Source: Parasitella parasitica NRRL 2501 (lineage: Eukaryota; Fungi; Mucoromycota). From it: a stretch of 64,000 nt of DNA. How positions within the stretch are numbered: position 1 is the stretch's first letter; every line of letters begins with the position of its first letter. The DNA lies in the NCBI GenBank assembly GCA_025201805.1, contig MU619245.1:319160-383159 (forward strand), in the 5' to 3' direction. This document shows positions 1-12,974 of this stretch, one piece after another. Below the pieces are notes generated by a model. The model worked only from the letters and a program-made list of their open reading frames with translations, searched no databases and had not been told where the DNA came from. The position numbers and the translations under genes were made by a program.

Positions 1-4
1 TATG

Positions 5-36
<32 letters not shown>
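1..36. repeat. (TATG)/(TA)n microsatellite
   Basis: tatgtatgta followed by a TA dinucleotide run, then a purine-rich tract. Confidence 0.9.
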
Positions 37-41
<5 letters not shown>

Positions 42-224
42 AGAAGAGAAGAGAAGAAAGAAAGGAAAGGAAAGAGAGGGAACTTTTTCTTGCACTGTTA
101 AAGGAGGAAGGTGGGTATTTGTACGCCCAAAACCAACCTTTTGAATCCAAACAGGAGATAATATTTTCATTTGATTGTGGGTCACACGCACTTTTTTCCC
201 TTACAAACTTGTATTATTAGGACA

Positions 225-1042
225 ATGCCACTTTCTATCAACACAAAGGGCACTGCGGCTGTAATTGTATCAGAAGAAATCCAGCATAAAAGGTCAGTGA
301 TTATTTTCAAGGCGTCAATTTCTCTAAAAGTAATCTGCAGATTTATCACTGTTTGGAACCGCACAACACAGTTTGATGATGGTCGCGTAATCCAATGGGA
401 CGTAGTAGGCCATAGTACTCCTGAACCGACTTTTTGCGTAGTTTTCGCATTTGATACAAAAGCAGTAAGCTATTATTTTCTACCGCTGTATCGCTGCCGA
501 TCCTAACAATGAAAAGAGAACAACCACCCTCCTCAAAGAATACGCACAAGGCACAAACGAAATTGTAAGGCACCATTGTTTTTGATTATGCAAAATATTA
601 AACTTTAATTATATTTAGAAATACACCTGTGTCGCAGGTTCATATGATAGAAGCAAACATGCAAGGTGAGTTCTTTAAATCTGTTATTTGGTGATATCAT
701 TAACTTTGCATTCGAAGCATCGACCAGGCTGCCCAACACGAACTCTCTGAGGAAGCCCATTTAGCTGGCGGTCGCTGGATCAACCTGCTGCCTTCTGATT
801 ACTCGTCGGACGGGATCAGTGAGTTAAAATGGGGCAAAAACAAGTTTGTTCCTTTTCTTTGTTTAGACCCTCACCAAGATGAAAGTCCCATGGCAAGAGA
901 TGCAGAGGAATGCATGGACGTGGTGCATAATATTACCGTTGACCAAGTTAAAAAATTTATTACGAGAGCAGAGATGATGCTTCCCTCTGTCCAGACAGTC
1001 TGGATGGCGCTAGAATATCTGAAAGACAACAATTATATTTAA
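225..1042 (+). CDS. Nudix-fold hydrolase (5 exons)
   Basis: Spliced across four GT-AG introns: MPLSINTKG...RFITVWNRTTQFDDGRVIQWDVVGH...TTLLKEYAQGTNEI/KYTCVAGSYDRSKHAS/IDQAAQHELSEEAHLAGG...LEYLKDNNYI*. Nudix-like box G-x-...-ELSEE. The ORF track shows only a fragment (171..506). Confidence 0.8.
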
Positions 1043-2363
1043 AGAATGTCTGAGGGTTTGGTCAGCTTGACTAGCTTGATCAAACGGTCATTGTCCTGTA
1101 TTTTTTACAATAAAGCATCAATGCTACTGAATCCTCGTAGGTATGCCCATTGTTTCTTACCTTTTTCAATTGATTCAGCTCCTTTTGGAGGGCGAACAAG
1201 GATTTGTTATTTTCAGGTTTCTTTGTTAGGTTGTCCATGTAAGCATCCAAATCTTCTTCTGCCCCAGCCGCTTCATTGTCTTTCTTTGCCTGCGCTTCTT
1301 TCTTCTCTGCAATCTCTTTTTCAATCTTGGCAATATCGATTTTGGCTTGTTTCTGCTTCCTCACCAGATCTCCGTGTGTTTCTGCTTTCTCGGCCTTTTT
1401 CTTTTTTCTTGCTAGATGCACACATGCGGCAAAGATCAATACCTGAATCCAAACACCCACAATGAGCCTACTTACATGTCTTGTCATATAATTCTTCGTC
1501 ACTGTCATCGTCGTACATGATCTTCAAATCTTCTCTGCGTCTTTTGGCATCTTCGAAAGCCATTTTTTCTGCCTCTACGCTCAGAAGACCCGCGTCTCCA
1601 GATTTATCTAGACTGGCTTCAATATCTTGCACAGTGTTTTCTCCTCCATTATACTCGTCTTCATCATCGTCTTCCACAGCATCCTCCTGAAAGCCCCATG
1701 ATATACCTTGGGATTCTACATCTTCTGTCTGATTTTGCTCCAAGTCCCCTCTCGCTTTAGCAAGGCGTTGCTTGAGTGCTATTTGACGTCTCTCTTCCGC
1801 CTCTGCTTCAGGATCATATGGCTTTTCAGAGTCAAATATACATAATCGCGTACTTTCTCCAAATCGAATTTGATCTCCAGGATTTAACTTGACATAATCT
1901 CTTTTAGGAACTGCCTTCTTGTTGACTCTTGTGCCATGCGCACTATCCAAATCATATAAATATGCGTTACCATCGTGGTCGAATTGTATAATGGCTTGGT
2001 AGCGAGAAACCGACTAATAGCCGTGAACAAAGTTAGTATTTTTTTTTGGCATAGATGGCAGCACGAAAGGAAACTTACAGGATGCTCCATTGGCATATCA
2101 CAAATAGGTAGCCTTCCGATGGTAACAAATTCTTTTTTGAGCCCTTGTATTGTGTCTATGCTAGCCCCGTTTTTCAAAACTTCCAATCGATAAGCATATA
2201 TCGGTTGCGCACTCCATGAAGGTTTTTCGTAATTTAAAGATGGTGGTTGTGGCAGTTTCTGCAGATGTTCTTTTGGTAAAGCTGGAGCTGGCTCGGGCGC
2301 TTCTGATTTCGTCTCCTTCTGTCTAGGAAGTGCAGGGACTGCAAACTCTTTAGAATCATCCAT
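1039..2363 (-). CDS. Kanadaptin (SLC4A1AP)-like FHA-domain protein
   Basis: FHA motifs IGRLPICD..MEHP, DSAHGTRVN, GDQIRFGESTR; SWGFQEDA motif; C-terminal DLDAYM...LQKELNQLKK, intron 1160-1096, then DNDRLIKLVKLTKPSDIL*. Confidence 0.85.
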
Positions 2364-3299
2364 TTTGTCTTTGGTGGAAAGAAATAGGATGGAATACCGT
2401 AATATGTATCTGGCATTTGGCTGTACCCTACCCCAAACAACAAAATACCAGTCAAAAGACCCGCTGTGCAAGTATTTCATTTCTTCGAATTTGGAGAGTA
2501 AAACAAAGCAACATGGCTTTTTTTTTTTGCGAAATTTTCTAGCATTCACTTAATTAGCCTGTAGGACATTGATATCATATTAATAGAGAATTAAAATACG
2601 CTTCTCTTCGTGTATTTAATTGTTATTTTTACTGTCAAGAATATAAAGTTATTGCTGCCTTTCGTAAAAACGTATTATAAGCAAAAATCAAAAATTTGGG
2701 TAATAAATGCCACATTTAACGGCTTAGACGTATGCATCGGTTGCAAGCCAAGCATTTCTGTTGATTTTTGCTTATACTGGCTTATTGCTGTCAAGCGTCG
2801 AGTTTTAACTGATTAAGAGTTTTGAGTTTAATGCATTAGAAAGAAGCTACGAATGAAAAGAAATCGTTTTGGCCAGGTCTGCGGCTCCAAAACTAATTGA
2901 AGACAGGAGAAATGAGCCCTCCAACTTGACGCATTTGTATGAATTTAACAGTATTCTGTGTCCAAAATGGACCACCAGGTTGGTTTTAATCAATGGCGCA
3001 GTTCCATTGTTTAGTCGAAATTGAAGTTTACGTGTGGTGTAACGACCAGCTTCAGACGCGGATATCCCTTTATAAAATAAAGAATACAGTGTATACTAGC
3101 GTATATAAAACGCTCTAACGTGTTGCATCCATATTATCATAGCTCTTTAGATTTAAAACATAGAAATGTTGTGCACCATGCCCAAGTACTTTTGCTATAC
3201 AACATGCTGAGGTCGATCAAATGTGCCACCAAGTCGGTCGCGCTTATAATATCATCATCATGAGAAAATTCAGCATTATTTTCACGTTTCCACTAAAAT

Positions 3300-4462
3300 A
3301 TGATATTACAAACGTTCAAGTGGGTAGGGTTGGCCATATTTACTTCCTACTTGGTTTCCAGTAGCAGGCGTCAGACTACATTGGGTTCATTGGCTGATAA
3401 TCCCTCTGGAATCTTCACACCAGACTTTTATCCAAATGGTACAGATCTAGAGTTGCCTCAAGGGACAATGAGATATTGGAAGTTTGGCAATGAAGATGGA
3501 AACCGCGTCGTGCTGATACACGGCATTTCAACCGGCTCTGCTATTTACGACAAGCTAGCTCGAGATTTGGTAAATACCTAGTAGACGTAATTAGGCGTGA
3601 GCTAACCCAAAACAAAGGCTGACAATGGGCATCATGTTCTTGTATATGATCTTTGGGGCCGTGGTTATGCACAAGCGCCTGCAGCATGTTATGATGAAGC
3701 TCTTTATACGTCGCAGCTGGCTATGCTTTTGCAGAAAGTTGGATGGAAAAAAACAGACGTAGTTGGTACCTCTTTAGGTGAGAATGACATGTACGTATAT
3801 ATTTGCGAAGGCTGACACTGTTTAGGTGGTGGTATTGCAACATCTTTCACCGCTTTCTATCCCGAAATGGTGAATAAACTAGTGCTCTTGGCCCCTGCAG
3901 GGCTGTTCGATGCAAAAGAGATGCCTTTGATGTCAAAAGTTGTCAATCTTCCTTTTGTGCATAATTTCATCGTCAATCAGCCGTATGTGCGCCCGTTGAT
4001 ATTAACTGCCATACAGAGATTTGCTAAATCAGCACGCTTGGTCCAATCTGGTTTAGATGTCGATACTGAGGCTACTATCTCAAAGATCACAGAGATTGCG
4101 ACATATCAGTTTTTGAATCATCCAGGCTTTTTGAGAGCTTTTTTGGGGACAGTTGTTGATTTTCCATTTACAACTTTAAAGAAAAGATATGAAAAAATTG
4201 GGAAGTTAAAAGATAAGCCTGTTTTATTGATTTGGGGTGATAAAGACACGGTAGGTAGTTGGTTAATATATAAACCTGAAGCAGCCTAACAAATACATTT
4301 ATATATATATATGAATAGATAGTTCCTTTCTACCACAGTGAGGAAGCAACAAAACTAGTCCCTCAAGCCAAATTGGTGGTTTTTAAGGATCAAGGACATG
4401 ATGTTCTCATCACAAAGTGGAAGTTAGTTGATGAAGAGATTGAGACTTTTTTGATGGTGTAA
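3300..4462 (+). CDS. Alpha/beta-hydrolase fold protein with N-terminal hydrophobic segment
   Basis: LIHGIS oxyanion motif, YDLWGRG, nucleophile elbow GTSLG/G split by an intron, IWGDKDT, DQGHD; stop TAA at 4460-4462. Confidence 0.85.
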
Positions 4463-6208
4463 TGCACTGAAAATTCGAGTAATCACCAGCCTCAAAAAAG
4501 TATTACATGGGAGTTCATGAACAGAATTCAATAAACTGCGAGCATAGATTATTTGTATAAACCTAAATGCTGGCTGTTACTTTTTTTCAATTTTCATTTA
4601 GAGTGTTACACATTCCAGAACAGTAGAGTGATGTTTGACGGCAGTTAAGCAACATCTCCAGATCAAGAAATGATCGTCATTTTGACATTTCAGTTCAGCT
4701 CAGGGGTAATGTTCCCTAAATCCACATTTAAACCAAAGAGAAAAGATATAGAGCACATGCACCATAAAAGAAATTACGTTGCAGCACGTATTTAAAATAT
4801 ACTACTATATTTCTCAAAAATAAATACATTGAACATCTATTGAAGGTTAGTGAAATTATTACATAATTTCATTTTGAGAAACGAAGGTTTACTATAACAG
4901 AAAGAAAAGTTTGGAATATTGGCATTTATTGCTGAATGGTTGAACCTGCAAAGCGACCTAATCGTACCACGTTTCGTTCAAACTAAATTTCTGTAAGTAG
5001 GCTTTTCATATTGAAAAGCAGCAGATTCCGACACCACGGTCTACCATAATCATGCGACTAATGGAAAGAAGCTCAACACAGCTAGCAAAAACAGACATCT
5101 CAAACAAGGACCACTTTTTCATCTTCTTCTCTAGTGCAAACAGTGATTTGGCTTTTACTATTGCCTTTGCCGTTGGCACAATAATTCAAGGTTGGAGACT
5201 TTGAATAAACAGTTATATGCAAGCTCGTTACCAAATTTTGTAATCGTTTAACCTTTAAAATACATTCAGTGAATGCTCCAAAAACAACTTGGTGGTACGT
5301 TTAAAGTATGCAGCCATCTCTTTTGCTTGCTATTTAAATCTTTGCCGCTTCAGTGTCATAAAAAGAGCCAAAAGGTTCATAGCGACATTACTTTTTGCCC
5401 GTTGTCAGCTGTCTATCACTAAGTTTTATGAGTTTTCTAATCTTGAATAGCCTTGAAAATAATGTGTTTGGTTGCTACCTTATCTTTAGCTTTATGAATA
5501 CCAAGAAATGCTTGTTTTTCTCTTCTCTGCAAAAACTGATATTCGTTTAAAAGTTGGCAGCATTTACTAATAAAACGGGATAAGTTCTGCTTTAGAGAAG
5601 ACTCGAGATTTGTGCTTTATGAACTTTGGTGCCCAATGTTATATTTGAGACTTTCACAAGTGCATCAACCTAGGTCTCTACATGAGAGTTACCTCGAGGT
5701 TTTTCAAGCCAGTTTATTCTACTTTTCCACACTCTATTGACCAATGGCTATTTTAAGATTGCATGTGCTAATTGCCTAAATTGACATTGACCCAAACATT
5801 GCGTAATGATGCCTAACTGTATAATCATACAAATGTTATACACGACAGAAACAAATTGTTGCGTGAAATCAAGATAGACAGCATGTAATGGTACGGCACA
5901 TAAATTATATCAAGCTTTGTACATCGGCTGGCTCGTTTAGACGTCAGACGAATGCAAGGTTACAGCAGCGACTTGTGCATGTCTTGCGCGACAGATATGA
6001 ATGAAAACTTACTTGCTTGCTCACTTACTTTACCCTCAATGAATGATAAAAACTTGATGTTTGTTGAAGGCTGCTGGATGAACACAGAGTTTTAGTAAAA
6101 GGGAGATTAAATTCCTTCATTGACGAACCAATTTTTTTTTCTTTTCTTTTTCATTTGTACAGCATCGTGTTGATGCAAATAGGCAATTAAAGATTAAAAT
6201 TGCATAAA

Positions 6209-7511
6209 ATGGACAATAATACAGTTGACATCCACGAGGACTCTGGAAGATATCTTCAAGAGTATATCCAAAGTATAGAAGCAATCTGACCATTGACATG
6301 ACCCTTGAATCAAACCCATTATTTTACTCTCCTAGGCCTAGAAAATCTCCCGAGCGAAATACAGTATCATTGGGCAGAAATACGGAATAGATATGACCAA
6401 GCTAAGGGTAAGGGTACAGAGTGCAGGCTGCAGATTGCAATAATATCTGTACTAATACAGTAATACAGCTCCAGAGAGACGGATTAAGGCTGGCCAACAT
6501 GATCTCGCAAAAATACATAGACAGTGGTTTACGCAGGAATTGGAGAAGAGAGAGAAACTGTTGAAGCACCAGCCAGTCATCATACAAAGAATACACAACG
6601 ACTATAATAAACTAGAGGGTTTAGCTAACGAAAGAGTCTCGTTAGCAGAAGAGGCACTCAAATTAGTACGTAGCAATTGACTATCCATTCCTCCCTAAAT
6701 CCAAACAACATTTTGTTAGGTTGACCGACACTTGCTGCGTCTTCAAAGAGATATCGACAAACACGACCAAGAGCATCCCGAGTACGTCCCAGAACCATCA
6801 CTTCCAACGCGTAGCTACACAATACCTCATGGCAGAAAAAGTAAGTGTTCTTGCTTGTTTAGGACTGCGAACAAACATTCTAACGGCAACTCGAATAGGT
6901 ACCTTGACAGACGCGGATGACATCCAGCCTGAAGACTACGAAGCTGTGGATAACGAAGACGGCGAGGAAGACGAGGGAGAGGATTCGGATCACAACGATG
7001 ACTTAGATGAAAAAGAAGAAGAGGTGGAGGATGAAGAAGAGGAAGAGGCGGAGGGGGAATTGGAAGAGGAGGAACAACACATACCGGTGACCGAAGAAAA
7101 GGTCGAGTCTAAACCAACAACTGCCGTGCAGATACCACCTGTCAAAGTGGACCCTGATATTCAAGCTATCATAATAGCAAATAGAAACCAAAAGCAAAAG
7201 AAAAAAGAAGCCCGAGAATCAAATAAAGACGAGCCTCTGTATTGTTTCTGTCAGCAAGTATCGTATGGAGAAATGGTTGCATGTGATGGCGAGGTAGTAT
7301 CGTAGCACTGGACTTGTTTGGTTTTATTGACATTTGTCATCGTTAGAACTGTCCCTATGAATGGTTCCATATGGATTGCGTTGGCCTTGATGAGCCACCA
7401 AAGGGCGCTTGGTATTGTTCAGATTGCACAGTTGAAATGCGCAAACGCAAATCACTCAGCTTACCGCTGAGTAAAAAGATGAAGCGAAAAAAGGAATCCT
7501 ATCATGCTTAA
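6209..7511 (+). CDS. ING-family (Yng2/Pho23-like) PHD finger protein
   Basis: N-terminal ING domain [24 protein letters not shown]...[11 protein letters not shown]; acidic linker; [51 protein letters not shown]. Confidence 0.92.
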
Positions 7512-7662
7512 TAGAGGGCCCAGCAACCCTTACACAACCTGTATAAAAAACCAACTCTCTAGTTAACCTTTCATTATTGTACATATCAAATAACTTTTTA
7601 ATAAATAATCACTTGGATCAATATAGAAAAAAAGAACCTCATATTTACGTGTAAGTTATATA

Positions 7663-7663
<1 letters not shown>

Positions 7664-7713
<50 letters not shown>
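7664..7713. repeat. Poly(A) tract, 50 nt, between convergent 3' ends
   Basis: Uninterrupted A run. Confidence 0.9.
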
Positions 7714-7715
<2 letters not shown>

Positions 7716-7765
7716 TGGAGTACAAAGCGAGAAATTAACAAAAAAAAGAGAGGAAACAACACAGA

Positions 7766-9453
7766 TTATTTAGCTTCACCTTCTACAATTACATTAGAAG
7801 CAGCACCACCTTGTAAAGTACCACCAGCGATTAATTTGGCATTGCCGACAACAGCCAAAATCTCATTCAAATTCTCCTTCCAAGCGCTCAAGCTTGAGCT
7901 CAGCTGTTTCCACTGCTCTTTTCCAAAAACACGGTAGATGCTGCGATGAACAAGAACAGTTCTGTTGAGTTGGTTGAGCTTGGCTTCGACAAGTCCGGCA
8001 CGAATAACATCAATCACCCACATCTCAACTTCGTCCTCGGGGATCTGAAGATTGTTGGCAATTTCAGCATATGTCAATTCACGAGAAAGATTCTCGGATC
8101 CAAGGGAGGCCAAAGATAACAAACGCATTTTGTGGATATTTTTGTCGGCATCCTTGATCAAACTAGTATGAGCAGTAGAGAATGTTTGGTATGTAGACAA
8201 AGTGCCGTTCAAAAAGACGTCTAGTAATTCGAATTCCTCGGTGCCCTTGAGTTTTTGAATAGAAGCGTATTGCAAGAGATCTTCAAAGGCGTAATAGTTC
8301 TCCATGGATATAGCACGCAGAACAACATCCTTGGCAAGAGTGACAGATTCGGCATCATTATCGTCGAGAATGGCTAATTTCTTCAGAGAGAAATCCAGGG
8401 CCAATTTTCTAAAATTCCAAACCACATCAATTACACGTCTTTGCGTACAAGCCGATTCACTTACTCTTCTCCAGACTTGAGCAAAGTTTGGCTCAAATAA
8501 TCGTACAAGCTGCGTTGGATTTGTTGATCAATACCCCATTGCTTGGTCCAGGTGTCGATATATTCTAATTGAGGATAAAGGGAATCGAGTTCATCAGCTT
8601 GGGCCGTGGCATCAACCAATCCAACAAAAGCATTGTAACGGAGAGGTGAGTTACCGGGTAGAGCGTTGTACAAGTTGAGTAAACTATAGAAACGTGTCAA
8701 TATTCCTCAAGCTGATCTCGGTCAATGTCCTGATTTTACATCTTTTGCTTCAAGCTAGTCTTGTTGCTTTCAGTCTTGGTCAAAGTATCGACTAACGATT
8801 GAACGGCAGAGGAAATAACAGATTGTGGAGCACTCAAGACAACGACGATGAGCAAGTTGAAAGCACCTTCAACCTCTATTTGTTGTAGTTGTTGTTGATA
8901 ATGATATCAAGTACAGGCGCATACAATGGTTAGTTAACAGAATTAGCACAATATACATTTCAAACTCTACCTCTGTCATTCTCGATCAATAAGATGGAAG
9001 CGTCCTTGGCGAGTTCAGCATAAACAGTGTCTTTCTTGTCAGATTTGTATAGAGCCTCTATTTTTTGAACATAAGGAGCGTCGGAATCGCCCTCTTCGCC
9101 TCTCAATTTAGAGATATAAAGAGCTAAATCGGTAACCTATTTAATACAGCTCATTAGTCATCTGTCAATTTTTAATGCATTTTTGCTGATTGTATTGTGT
9201 TTAGCTAAAGAATAATTTCAAAAAAAAAAAAGAGTTGATTGGTGTATTGTGTTGATGTGTCCTGTCGTTTAATAGCAATATTGAATTTGTCATGAGCAAT
9301 GTGTAAAGTAAAAGATTATGTAACTTGTGTTTTTGGTGTAATTCAACCCTTTTTTTTTCTTTGCTTCTTCAACCAACAAAATTCGCAAACTACGCGTGGA
9401 TACTTTACTTGGTTATCAGCACCACTCTGTACAAAGATATTGCTAGCGGACAT
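7766..9453 (-). CDS. eIF3m: Eukaryotic translation initiation factor 3 subunit M (PCI domain)
   Basis: Start MSASNIFVQSGADNQ; PCI C-terminus KMRLLSLASL...EVEMWVIDVIRAGLVEAKLNQ...RVFGKEQWKQL. Confidence 0.92.
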
Positions 9454-9980
9454 GATGTGCAGTAGTATCTATGATGATTTGAAAGAGAAAAAAGAGGAAA
9501 AAAATCTTGAAAGCAAAAAGACCGGGCTTTGGCTTTTTTTTCTGTAGTGGCTTATCAGGATTACACTAAGCTGAATGATGGTCATTTAACAACGCTTTTG
9601 CCTATCCTCTTTACTGATATAATATCACATCAAAGGATTTTGTACAAAAAACATGAGCATATAAACACACTGGAGGTTTAATAAGAAAATACTTGTTCAG
9701 ATTATTGTGGATAATCATTAAATTTTAAGATTTTATCATACGTAGGTGATCCTTAACACTTTTTTTTTCAAGTTCAACACATTGTAGAGACTACTACTGT
9801 ACAACAGCCAGCATCTGCAAGAAGACTTGAATGATATAACTCAAAAATGACAGACATGTATACTTGTAATGGTCATCCCAAGTAAAATACAATTCCGGAA
9901 TACCAAGTGTGTATATCAATCGCAGCGAAACATTTCTTATTTTGATGCTTCTCTTTGAACGAAACTTCATGTAATCAGAG

Positions 9981-10095
9981 TCGATTGGTACTAGTTGAGT
10001 CCGACTACTTTTTTGGTATACCCGACTAATTACTTATTAAATCCGACTAATTATTTATCAAACTCGACTAATTGCTTGTTAGTTCGACTAATTTT
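9981..10095. repeat. Degenerate tandem repeat, 20-21 bp period, ~6 copies, core YCGACTAATT
   Basis: Cores start at 9981, 10001, 10022, 10043, 10064, 10084. Confidence 0.8.
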
Positions 10096-11261
10096 ACAAC
10101 TAATCGCTCTTTAAATGTGGACAATTTATATGACTTGGTTGCTCATCAATGCGAATAATTAACAAACAAGCAAAGTACAATTCAAACCGTAAACACGGGG
10201 TGCCAAACAGTAAAAAGCAGGATATGATCTAATAACTGTTGCAAAAGCAATCCTTCAGATTAACGAATCAACATAACCATACATTTTTTCGCTAAAATGT
10301 AGCAACACATGCGTCTTTGTAAAACCAAATAGTAGAGTAGCACAGTGTATATATAGAGACTATGTCATTCGATCTCACTATGCTTGACAAATGGCGTCGT
10401 CCTACTTATTTCAGGAAGTGCCTCTAAATAAGATGTTGCTTTGGGATCTTTGCCTTGCTATGGTGAAACACTAGCAGATCAACGCAATAAATGGCTAATG
10501 AACTGAATTTAGCAATTGTTTCTTTTAGATCTTTGCTTTGCTACAGTAAAAATCAAAAAGTTTATTGTGACAACTACGATACATTATATTAGGCCTCACG
10601 AGCCAGGGGGGGGGGGAGAAGTATTCTCATGCCCTCGATCCTCTTATTACCTATTAGTGCTCTAGCAGCTTGCTCTGTGGTTTACTCTAATGATTCCAAC
10701 AATACTCTGTGTGTTCTCTGCCTTTCCCTCCAATTTAGAACATAATAAAGTAATCGTCCTCAGGACATTTTATTTTCGAAAGACCATGAATTGTTGCAAT
10801 ATGATGAAACAATTGAAAGCATAAAGCGTGTAGAAAGCTAAACCAACTAGTTGTACGTTTTGTTGAGTTTTTTCGTATTGAAGATCATTCTTATAATATA
10901 CCGGCAATGTTCTCAATTCAAAGGTGCAACTATCGCTTATCATCTGTCATCAACGAAAACAATGTTTTTGTATCAAACAAGGATAAAAACAGTTGTATGT
11001 TGTCGAGGGGCAGAAGGAATTGTTTGTTTTACTCTGATTATGTGCATTTTGTGTTTATATTGCCTCCAAAAAAAATGGTGCTGTTTCTAAAAATACATGC
11101 AACAAGTGTTTACAACTCACATGAATGCTATATCCTCTGTTGTGCAATGTAACTGATTGCGCCCCTTAACCCCCATCATCTTTCTCTCACATTCTCATCC
11201 ACTTGATATTGTAACAAGCCTCTGCACCTACGGTTCTATACGTCGAAGCAATATCTTATTT

Positions 11262-12974
11262 TTATTTTGAACCAGTTGATGCTTTTGCATGTCCAACACT
11301 GCCATTACTGATGATACCGTGCTGATGCTGATGATAATGCGGATAAACAACGCCAAACTTCCTTTGAAATTTGGTTATCTCTCGACTCATGCGTTCGAGG
11401 ATTTCTACAGACGATTCTTCTTGCTTTTGTTGCTGATGTTGTTGAAAGTCTTTAAAAGGTATAGGCGTAGATGGGCTGCTACTTGCACTTGTCGCTGTAG
11501 TCGCATAATCGTCTAGTAGAGGGACCGTGGAAGCGCTGCTGAGAGAGGAAGAAGTAGAGCAAGTAGACAACGATCTAGGCCGATTGAAGCTTGTTGCAGC
11601 GTCAGCAGACGATTGTTGCAGCTGTTGCGAATGGTCGTCAAAAAGCAGAAGGGCATCGCTATTATTTTTAAGAGTCATTGTTGGTGGTGGTAGTCTTTTC
11701 AATTCTTCGGATTGCATTTTAGCTATACATTCCATTATTTGTTTGGCCCGTTTATTCATATCGGAAAAGGTCATTTTTGAATTTGGATACTTGATTTTTG
11801 CAGGCGGCGAGCTTTCTCTAGTAGGTCTTCCATCTGCAAAATTCCAATACGGTGCAATTGAAGAAGTGCAGGCTGTGCCGATTGTTGGAGATCCAAAATC
11901 ATCCAAAATTTGCTGCTGTGGGGTGGCGCTGCTGCTGTTTCTGTTATTGGCTTTAGATCTTGTAGACTTCTTCTCATTCTTTGTCGCTGTTGTGGCTGTT
12001 GTGGTTGGGCAGGGGGAAGAAGGAGAAGAAGGTGCTTTTTTAATAAGTTCAGGTATCAGTCTAGTCTGTTCAGTTGCATCGGCCGATATTTTTGTACGTC
12101 GGGACCGGGTTGAACGCTCTTCAATCATACAAGATTCCTCGATTGTATTCATAACTGGAGATGCCTGTTCCATTTTTGCTTCTATTAGAGGTGTCTTCGG
12201 CGAATTAGAGCCTGTCTTGTCTGCTGCTGGCATCGCCTTCTTGCGGCGTTTTGTAGGACGTTTTGTCGATGTGGACGTTGCTCTATCTTCTTTATCGGAG
12301 CTGGATGAAGACGGAGATGTATTGTTAGCAGTAGATGTTGATACCAGACCAGCATTGTACAAACGTTTTGAACTATACCGATATGGGGGAATAAAATGAA
12401 TATCCCTAAATGTTTCTTGTCTTTTGTTTTCACTTACCGTCCGGAAGAAGTTTTGATAATTTGATGGTTTTCGGGTTGACATTGATCACAATAATAATGA
12501 TCAGGTAGTTTATCTTGATTCAATCCAATGCATTCGCAATGCTGCCAAACTTCACATTTGTCACATTGAACCATCAAACCCGAGTTATCTAAGCAAGAAA
12601 AAAAAAATATGACTCAATATATGCATCATAGTGTGGGTACTAATTGTGTATGTGTATGTGTGTGGGTGTGTGGGTGTGTGTGTACAATTGTGCAAGTGTA
12701 TTTTAAAGCGTGTGTAAGTGTGTGATCCCGAGTAAACAGAGATAAACATAAATAGACAAAAGGAATAGCTACTTACGTCCTTGCCCACATATACATCTTG
12801 TAACAGAGTCAGCGTCAGAGCTTCTTTCATCAGAAGAGTCTTCTACCACTACTCTGCTAGACTTTGGTTTCTTGGGTGTGTTGGATTTGCGAGCTCTGCG
12901 TGGGGGTGCTTTATAAATCGGTTGTGAGCTACTATTTCTGACACAGCAAATAGTCGCTTGATTTACTTACTCAT
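11262..12974 (-). CDS. Cti6-like PHD finger protein (Rpd3L HDAC-associated)
   Basis: Spliced [34 protein letters not shown]...[11 protein letters not shown]; conserved block [25 protein letters not shown]; C-terminal [16 protein letters not shown]; 4-nt first coding exon ATGA. Confidence 0.8.
12646..12683. repeat. Imperfect (TG)n microsatellite in intron 2 of the Cti6-like gene
   Basis: tgtgtatgtgtatgtgtgtgggtgtgtgggtgtgtgtg. Confidence 0.8.

Noticed and set aside
346-576. Small minus-strand ORF with a possible intron
   Set aside because: Overlaps the better-supported plus-strand Nudix gene.
4600-5760. Stop-riddled coding-like stretches on the minus strand (possible decayed gene or TE)
   Set aside because: No motif I could identify with confidence; the same applies to 10300-11150, 13400-13800, 56460-57250 and 62400-62850.
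7664-7713. Poly(A) as a retroelement tail
   Set aside because: No flanking TSD or element body; it lies in the converging 3' UTRs.
11527-12399. 290-aa plus-strand ORF
   Set aside because: Antisense shadow of the S/T/Q-rich Cti6-like exon; no domain.
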